From the NCBI RefSeq assembly GCF_008805035.1, contig NZ_CP038018.1:1837628-1869627 (forward strand): DNA of 32,000 bases, read 5' to 3'. The translations under genes and the position numbers were made by a program. The notes beneath the pieces were generated by a model. It did not search any database, was not told where the DNA came from, and saw only the letters and a program-made list of their open reading frames with translations. Position 1 is the first letter of the stretch; each line of letters opens with the position of its first letter. Positions 25,339 through 32,000 of the stretch are shown here, in pieces. Source of the stretch: Eikenella exigua (lineage in GTDB: Bacteria; Pseudomonadota; Gammaproteobacteria; Burkholderiales; Neisseriaceae).

Positions 25339-25794
25339 ATGAAACCCGCCATCCTCGTTATGCACGGCCCCAACCTCAATCTTTTGGGGCAGCGCGAACC
25401 GGAAATCTACGGCCGCACCACCCTTGCCGACATCAATGCCGGCCTGCAGGCGCGCGCCGAAGCTGCCGGTTTTGCCTTTGAAGCCGTGCAGAGCAATGCC
25501 GAAGCCGTGCTGGTGGAGCGTGCCCAGGCGGCCATGGCCGACCATACCGCCTTTATCATCATCAACCCGGCAGCCTACACCCACACCAGTGTCGCCCTGC
25601 GCGATGCGCTCGCCGCCGCCGGCAAACCCTTTATTGAAGTCCACCTCTCCAACGTGTACGCCCGCGAGCCCTTCCGCCGCCATTCTTATTTTTCCGATTT
25701 GGCGCAGGGCGTGATTTGCGGGCTGGGCGCACACGGCTACTCTGCCGCGCTGGATTTCGCCATTGAATACTTGCAACAAAAACAGGCCGGCTAA
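25339..25794 (+). CDS. aroQ: Type II 3-dehydroquinate dehydratase
   Basis: ORF 25177..25794. Start moved to ATG 25339. [50 protein letters not shown] and [15 protein letters not shown]. Confidence 0.95.
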   Translation: MKPAILVMHGPNLNLLGQREPEIYGRTTLADINAGLQARAEAAGFAFEAVQSNAEAVLVERAQAAMADHTAFIIINPAAYTHTSVALRDALAAAGKPFIEVHLSNVYAREPFRRHSYFSDLAQGVICGLGAHGYSAALDFAIEYLQQKQAG

Positions 25795-25830
25795 AGCCCG
25801 GCTCCGAATCCCTTAAAAGGACCTCTCATT

Positions 25831-26292
25831 ATGGATTTACGCAAACTCAAAAAACTCATCGACTTGGTGGAAGAATCCGGCATTGCCGAGATTGAAGTAA
25901 CCGAAGGCGAAGAAAAAGTGCGCATTACCCGCTCGCTGGCCGCGCCGCAGCCCGTGTATGCCGCCGCGCCTGCTGTGGCCGCCGCTCCGGCTCCCGCCGT
26001 GGCCGCTGCCGCGCCCGTTGCAGCCGCAGGCGCGCCTGCCGCACCCGCCCGCGATTTGAGCAAAGCGCAAACCTCGCCCATGGTGGGCACTTTCTACCGC
26101 GCCCCCGGCCCGAACGCGCCGGTGTTTGTGGAAGTGGGCCAGAGCGTGAACGCCGGCGACACCTTATGCATCATCGAAGCCATGAAGCTGATGAACGAAA
26201 TCGAAGCCGAACGCAGCGGCGTGGTGAAAGAAATTCTGGTGGAAAACGGCCAGCCGGTAGAGTTTGGCGAGCCGCTGTTTATCATCGAATAA
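25831..26292 (+). CDS. accB: Biotin carboxyl carrier protein of acetyl-CoA carboxylase
   Basis: Ala/Pro linker followed by the biotinyl domain with [14 protein letters not shown]. Confidence 0.95.
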   Translation: MDLRKLKKLIDLVEESGIAEIEVTEGEEKVRITRSLAAPQPVYAAAPAVAAAPAPAVAAAAPVAAAGAPAAPARDLSKAQTSPMVGTFYRAPGPNAPVFVEVGQSVNAGDTLCIIEAMKLMNEIEAERSGVVKEILVENGQPVEFGEPLFIIE

Positions 26293-26295
26293 TTT

Positions 26296-26334
26296 TTCAG
26301 GTAGCCTCCTGCTGCGGCATAAAGGCTACCTGAA
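26296..26334. repeat. Inverted AG-eikDUS pair between accB and accC
   Basis: Exact 12-mers at 26296-26307 (rc) and 26323-26334 (fwd). Confidence 0.85.
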
Positions 26335-26352
26335 AACCATAAGGCAAAGATT

Positions 26353-27732
<1,380 letters not shown>

Positions 27733-27752
27733 TTTGTTGTCAGATGAATAAA

Positions 27753-27790
27753 AGGCTACCTGAAAAGTGTTTCTGCTTTTCAGGTAGCTT
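27753..27790. terminator. AG-eikDUS pair after accC (exact fwd, 11/12 rc)
   Basis: 27753-27764 and 27779-27790. Further degenerate copies follow up to about 27935. Confidence 0.55.
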
Positions 27791-27976
27791 TTGTTTTCAG
27801 GTAGTCAGTGGGTTAGCCGGCCCTAGACATCTTTGGTAGGCAACCATAAGGGCTACTTGAAACCGCTGCCGCCGCCGCGTGTTACAATAGCCGCCCTTTC
27901 CCGTCGGAATCAGGCGCATACCGTTTTCAGGTATGCCCTTCCGGCATTCCACATCATTCCAAGAAAGTTACCCGCC

Positions 27977-28942
27977 ATGAAACACATCATTCGCCGCAAT
28001 AGCGAGCCGAACAGTGGCAACTGGGAGCGCGACACCCTGGAAAAACTCCTGCTCGAAGCTTACCGCGAGCAACGCCGTGCCCGCATTTGGAAGCTCATTT
28101 TCCGCCTGTTGCTCATCGCCTTCCTGGCTCTCTATCTGTTTGCCATTTTCGGCAATATAGGCAGCCTCAATCCTGCCGCTGCCGGGCCGCATACCGCAGT
28201 GATCCGCTTGGAAGGCGCGATTACCGCCGGCGAAAACCAGGCCGGCAAACTGCGCCAAGGCCTTGAAGCCGCCTATAAAAACAAACAGGTACGCGGCATC
28301 ATCATCCGCGCCAACAGCCCTGGCGGTTCGCCCGTGGTATCTGGCGTAGCCTACCGCGAAATCCGACGCCTGCGCGCCGAGCATCCCAACATCCCCGTGT
28401 ATATGGTGGCCGAAGACATGTGCGCCTCTGGCTGTTACTACATCGCCGCCGCCGCCGATAAAATCTATGCCGACCCCTCCAGCATCGTCGGCAGCATCGG
28501 CGTGATCGGCAGTAGCTTCGACCTCACCGGTCTGATGCACAATATGGGCATCCAACGCCGCCTGCGCACTGCTGGCAGCAACAAAGGCATGGGTGACCCC
28601 TTCAGCCCGGAAACCCCCGAGCAAACCGCCATTTGGCAAGGCATGCTGGACGACATCCACCAGCAATTCATCAAAGCCGTGCGCGACGGGCGCGGCAAAC
28701 GCCTGCACGAAGCCGACCATCCCGACCTGTTCAGCGGCCGCGTATACACCGGCAACGAAGCCCTCAGAACCGGCCTCATCGATGGCCTGGGCGATATCTA
28801 CAGCGTATCGCGCGATATCATCAAAGCCCCCGAGCTGGTGGACTACACCCCTGCCGATGACATCAGTCGCCTGTTCAGCAAAGGAGTAGGCACCAGCGTG
28901 CGCCAAAGCTTGCAGGAAGCCGTGCAGGAACAGCCGTGGTAG
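27977..28942 (+). CDS. S49-family signal peptide peptidase (SppA 36K/SohB-like)
   Basis: ORF 27833..28942. Start moved to ATG 27977. N-terminal TM segment, then NSPGGSPV and MCASGCYYIAAAADKIYADPSSIVGSIGV. Confidence 0.85.
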   Translation: MKHIIRRNSEPNSGNWERDTLEKLLLEAYREQRRARIWKLIFRLLLIAFLALYLFAIFGNIGSLNPAAAGPHTAVIRLEGAITAGENQAGKLRQGLEAAYKNKQVRGIIIRANSPGGSPVVSGVAYREIRRLRAEHPNIPVYMVAEDMCASGCYYIAAAADKIYADPSSIVGSIGVIGSSFDLTGLMHNMGIQRRLRTAGSNKGMGDPFSPETPEQTAIWQGMLDDIHQQFIKAVRDGRGKRLHEADHPDLFSGRVYTGNEALRTGLIDGLGDIYSVSRDIIKAPELVDYTPADDISRLFSKGVGTSVRQSLQEAVQEQPW

Positions 28943-28974
28943 GAATTTAGTTTGTTGCTTTGGTTAAATAGGAA

Positions 28975-29030
28975 AGGCTACCTGAAAACGAGCTCCGCGA
29001 GTTTCTGCGAAGCTAAAATTCAGGTAGCCT
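28975..29030. terminator. Inverted AG-eikDUS pair after the S49 peptidase gene
   Basis: Exact 12-mers at 28975-28986 and 29019-29030. Confidence 0.55.
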
Positions 29031-29100
29031 TTATCTTGAAAAGCCGGCCGTTTGCCTGATATGTATGCCATCTAATCACACCATAAGAGGAAAACTAACC

Positions 29101-29337
29101 ATGATCGGTACCATCATCATCGGCTTCATCATCGGTGTTTTGGCCAAATTCCTGTATCCGGGCGGGCAACGCTTGGGTATCATCATGACTACGCTACTCG
29201 GCATCGGTGGCTCGGTGCTGGCCAGCTGGGTTGGGCAGATGATGGGCTGGTATGCCATCGGGCAGCCAGCAGGCTGGGTTGCATCCACGCTGGGCGCCGT
29301 GGCTATTTTGGCTATTTTCGCGAACCTGCGGAAATAA
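29101..29337 (+). CDS. GlsB/YeaQ/YmgE-family (transglycosylase-associated) stress membrane protein
   Basis: ORF 29065..29337. Start moved to ATG 29101 behind a GAGGAAAA RBS. MIGTIIIGFIIGVLAKFLYPGGQRLGIIMTTLLGIGGSVLASWVG. Confidence 0.8.
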   Translation: MIGTIIIGFIIGVLAKFLYPGGQRLGIIMTTLLGIGGSVLASWVGQMMGWYAIGQPAGWVASTLGAVAILAIFANLRK

Positions 29338-29357
29338 TGTCCCCCTACTGACAACCG

Positions 29358-29397
29358 AAAGCAGCCTCAACCGATAGCGGTTGATGGCTGCTTTTTT
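29358..29397 (+). terminator. Rho-independent terminator
   Basis: AAAGCAGCCTCAACCG-atag-CGGTTGATGGCTGCTTT followed by a T run. Confidence 0.75.
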
Positions 29398-29528
29398 ATG
29401 TTCTAGCGTTGTACGGTAAATCTATTTGCATCCAGGATAACGTTGGCCGGGTTTGCTGTACTTAACTACACTTCTGCGGCTAGCTGCTTTGTCCTAATTT
29501 AAATTTGATTTATATATTTGCTCAATAA

Positions 29529-29566
29529 AGGCTACCTGAAAAATATTGCTCATTTTCAGGTAGCCT
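29529..29566. terminator. Inverted AG-eikDUS pair downstream of topA
   Basis: Exact 12-mers at 29529-29540 and 29555-29566. Confidence 0.6.
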
Positions 29567-29583
29567 TTCGTTTATTTACGGCT

Positions 29584-31884
29584 TTAGCCTTTCAGGGCGG
29601 GCGGTTCGATTTGCTCTTTCCAGCCGCACTCTTTCTGTGGGCAGACTTTTTCCACACCCCAGCGTTTGGTGGTTTTGATGGTGAGCACTGGCCAGTGGCA
29701 TTTCGGGCATTCTTCGGCCACGGGCGGGTTCCAGGTGGCGTAGTCGCAGTCGGGGTAGGTGTTGCAGCTGTAGAACAGCTTGCCGTAGCGCGATTTGCGC
29801 TCGATCAGGCTGCCTTTGCCGCATTTGGGGCAGGCCACGCCGGTGTCTTTGGGTTTTTCCAAGGGTTCGATGTGTTTGCACTTGGGGTAGTTGGCACAGC
29901 CGATGAATTTTCCGAAACGGCCTTTTTTATACACAAGCTGACCGCCGCATTTAGGACATTCTCGCCCTTCTACGATGGTGGGCTCTTCAGCGGCTTTGGC
30001 AGCTTCGTCGGCGGTTTCGTTGAGATTGCGGGTGTAGTCGCAATCGGGGTAGCCGGAGCAGGCGATGAAGCGGCCGCGTTTGCCGAATTTGATTTGCAGC
30101 TTGTGTTGGCCGCATTTGGGGCAGGTTTCGTCCAGCTCTTCGGTGGTGATTTTGGCGCGCTCGATGCCGGCTTTTTCCTCAATCTGTTTGTGGAAGCCTT
30201 TCCAGAATTTGTCCATCACGGGAATCCACTGCCGCTTGCCGCTGGCAATGTCGTCGAGCTGGTCTTCGAGCTTGGCGGTGAAATCGTAGTCCACGTATTG
30301 GGTAAAGTGTTCGGTGAGGAACTTGTTCACGATTTCGCCGGTGTCGGTGGGCAGGAAGCGGCGCTGGTCGATGGTTACGTATTCACGGTCTTTCAGGGTT
30401 TTGATGATGCTGGCATAGGTGGAGGGGCGGCCGATGCCGAACTCCTCCAAGGCCTTCACCAGCGTGGCTTCGTTGAAGCGGGGCGGCGGCTGGGTGAAGT
30501 GCTGCTCGCCGTAGAGTTTGTCTACAGGCAGGGCGTCGCCCACGGCCAATTCGGGCAGTTTTTTGTTGTCTTCATCCTCGTCGTCGTCATCGTGGCCTTC
30601 CTGATACACACTCAGGAAGCCGGCAAATACGAGCACTTGGCCGGTGGCGCGGAACACGCCTTCGCCCACACCGATGTCTACGGTGGTGGCGTCGAATTTG
30701 GCCTCCACCATCTGGCAGGCCATGGTGCGCTGCCAAATCATTTGGTAGAGCTTGAATTGGTCGGCGGAAAGGAAGGGCTTCACGCTTTCGGGCGTGCGGT
30801 ACACCGAAGTGGGGCGGATGGCTTCGTGCGCCTCTTGGGCGTTTTTGGATTTGGTGCGGTACATGCGCGGCGATTTGGGTAGGAAATCGGCGCCGATTTT
30901 GTTGTCGATGTAGTGGCGGATTTCGGCTATCGCGTCTTGCGACAGGGTTACGCTGTCGGTACGCATATAAGTAATCAGGCCGACCGAGCCTTGGCCGACG
31001 TCCACGCCTTCAAACAGCTGCTGGGCGGTGCGCATGGTGCGGTCGGTGGTGAAGCCGAGCTTGCGTACGGCGTCTTGCTGCATGGTGGAGGTAGTGTAGG
31101 GCGCGGCTGGCTTGCGGGTGGCTTTTTTCTTCACCACATCGAGCACTCGCGCGGGTTTGCCCTGCATGGCGGCCAACACGGCGGCCTGAGCGGCTTCATT
31201 GGGCAGGGAGAACTGCTCCAGTTTGCTGCCCTGCCATTGGGTGAGCTTGGCGGCAAATTTTTGGCGGCCTTTGTGGCTATCGAGGTGCACGCTCCAGTAT
31301 TCCTGCGTTTCAAAGGCGCGGATTTCGTTTTCGCGTTCGCAAATCAGGCGCAGGGCGGGGCTTTGCACGCGGCCGGCGCTCAGGCCGCGCCGGATTTTTT
31401 TCCACAACAGCGGGGAGAGGTTGAAGCCGACCAGGTAATCCAAGGCACGGCGTGCCTGTTGCGCGTCCACCAAGCCCATATCGAGCTTGCGCGGCTGCTT
31501 GAGGGCTTCCTGCACACCTTTTTTGGTGACTTCGTGGAACACCACGCGCAGGGTGCGCTCTTCCAGATTTTTGATGCCGCGTTTGGATTTGAGGATTTCG
31601 TAGATATGCCAGGAAATGGCTTCACCTTCGCGGTCCGGGTCGGTGGCCAGATAGAGGGTATTGGCTTCTTTGGCGGCTGCCACGATGGCATCGATATACT
31701 TTTTGCTCTTGGCCGGCACTTCGTATTTCATGGTGAAATCGTGCTCGGGATCGACGGCGCCGTTTTTCGGCACCAAATCGCGTACATGGCCGAAGGAGGC
31801 CAATACTTCAAAATCGCTGCCCAGGTATTTTTTAATAGATTTGATTTTGTTGGGAGATTCCACAATCAGCAGGTTTTTCGACAT
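29584..31884 (-). CDS. topA: DNA topoisomerase I
   Basis: MSKNLLIVESPNKIKSIKKYLG (Toprim domain), GLITYMRTDS (active-site Tyr region), and repeated C-terminal CPKCG...C zinc ribbons. Confidence 0.97.
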   Translation of the reverse strand: MSKNLLIVESPNKIKSIKKYLGSDFEVLASFGHVRDLVPKNGAVDPEHDFTMKYEVPAKSKKYIDAIVAAAKEANTLYLATDPDREGEAISWHIYEILKSKRGIKNLEERTLRVVFHEVTKKGVQEALKQPRKLDMGLVDAQQARRALDYLVGFNLSPLLWKKIRRGLSAGRVQSPALRLICERENEIRAFETQEYWSVHLDSHKGRQKFAAKLTQWQGSKLEQFSLPNEAAQAAVLAAMQGKPARVLDVVKKKATRKPAAPYTTSTMQQDAVRKLGFTTDRTMRTAQQLFEGVDVGQGSVGLITYMRTDSVTLSQDAIAEIRHYIDNKIGADFLPKSPRMYRTKSKNAQEAHEAIRPTSVYRTPESVKPFLSADQFKLYQMIWQRTMACQMVEAKFDATTVDIGVGEGVFRATGQVLVFAGFLSVYQEGHDDDDEDEDNKKLPELAVGDALPVDKLYGEQHFTQPPPRFNEATLVKALEEFGIGRPSTYASIIKTLKDREYVTIDQRRFLPTDTGEIVNKFLTEHFTQYVDYDFTAKLEDQLDDIASGKRQWIPVMDKFWKGFHKQIEEKAGIERAKITTEELDETCPKCGQHKLQIKFGKRGRFIACSGYPDCDYTRNLNETADEAAKAAEEPTIVEGRECPKCGGQLVYKKGRFGKFIGCANYPKCKHIEPLEKPKDTGVACPKCGKGSLIERKSRYGKLFYSCNTYPDCDYATWNPPVAEECPKCHWPVLTIKTTKRWGVEKVCPQKECGWKEQIEPPALKG

Positions 31885-32000
31885 AGTTTCCTCGCAAAAT
31901 ACTTTTGTTTTTAGCCACGCTGTAGCTAAGGAAATATAGTGCTTTAGCCAATAAAAGCAAGGTATCAGGTAGCCTTAATCCATCTTGGTGCAAGAGCGCT

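Noticed and set aside
25940-26050. Low-complexity GC-rich Ala/Pro-coding tract in accB.
   Set aside because: This is the normal flexible linker of biotin carboxyl carrier proteins.

Overview
This is a 32-kb chromosomal segment from a Neisseriaceae bacterium. The 12-mer AGGCTACCTGAA, which I recall as the AG-eikDUS DNA-uptake dialect of Eikenella corrodens, occurs about 32 times exactly by my manual scan (both orientations, roughly 1 per kb). Most copies sit in intergenic inverted pairs that double as hairpin terminators, so I assign the window to Eikenella or a close relative.

Core genes, left to right:
- two M16 peptidases, a cupin, ffh, a DUF3108-like secreted protein, an RsmB/NOP-type RNA m5C methyltransferase, grxD and an H-NS-like protein
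- rmuC, a barstar-like protein, purB, a glycine-zipper lipoprotein and a UDG-superfamily protein
- a YdcH-like protein, aroQ-accB-accC, an S49 peptidase, a GlsB/YeaQ protein and topA

The accessory part is an island of about 8.1 kb (about 7.9-16.0 kb) with no DUS copy from 8492 to 16019. It is a filamentous (inovirus) prophage with the architecture known from Neisseria Nf/MDA phages. Its minus-strand order is small ORFs, a Rep_trans initiator, an ssDNA-binding-size ORF, small TM peptides, the major coat, a pIII-like protein, a pVI-like protein and a Zot/pI ATPase. A co-oriented IS110-family DEDD recombinase follows.

Main points to follow up:
1. A G11/C11 homopolymer (15482-15492) splits the phage Rep reading frame. 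Losing one G would fuse it into a 448-aa ORF.
2. A hairpin-rich untranslated leader lies between zot and the IS110 recombinase (terminator, sRNA or bridge-RNA candidate).
3. The 11-mer AAGATAGCTTA occurs three times. Two copies bracket the recombinase gene.
4. A 485-nt hairpin- and palindrome-dense non-coding block sits inside the phage between the pIII-like and pVI-like genes.
5. One canonical Neisseria DUS (GCCGTCTGAA) lies inside the prophage.
6. At least six decayed genes: a ypjD-like gene, an nhaP2 5' stub fused to an ABC ATPase remnant, an ABC permease, a trpB fragment and eamA.
7. Two Correia-like MITEs bracket the trpB/eamA remnants.

I found no rRNA, tRNA or CRISPR array.
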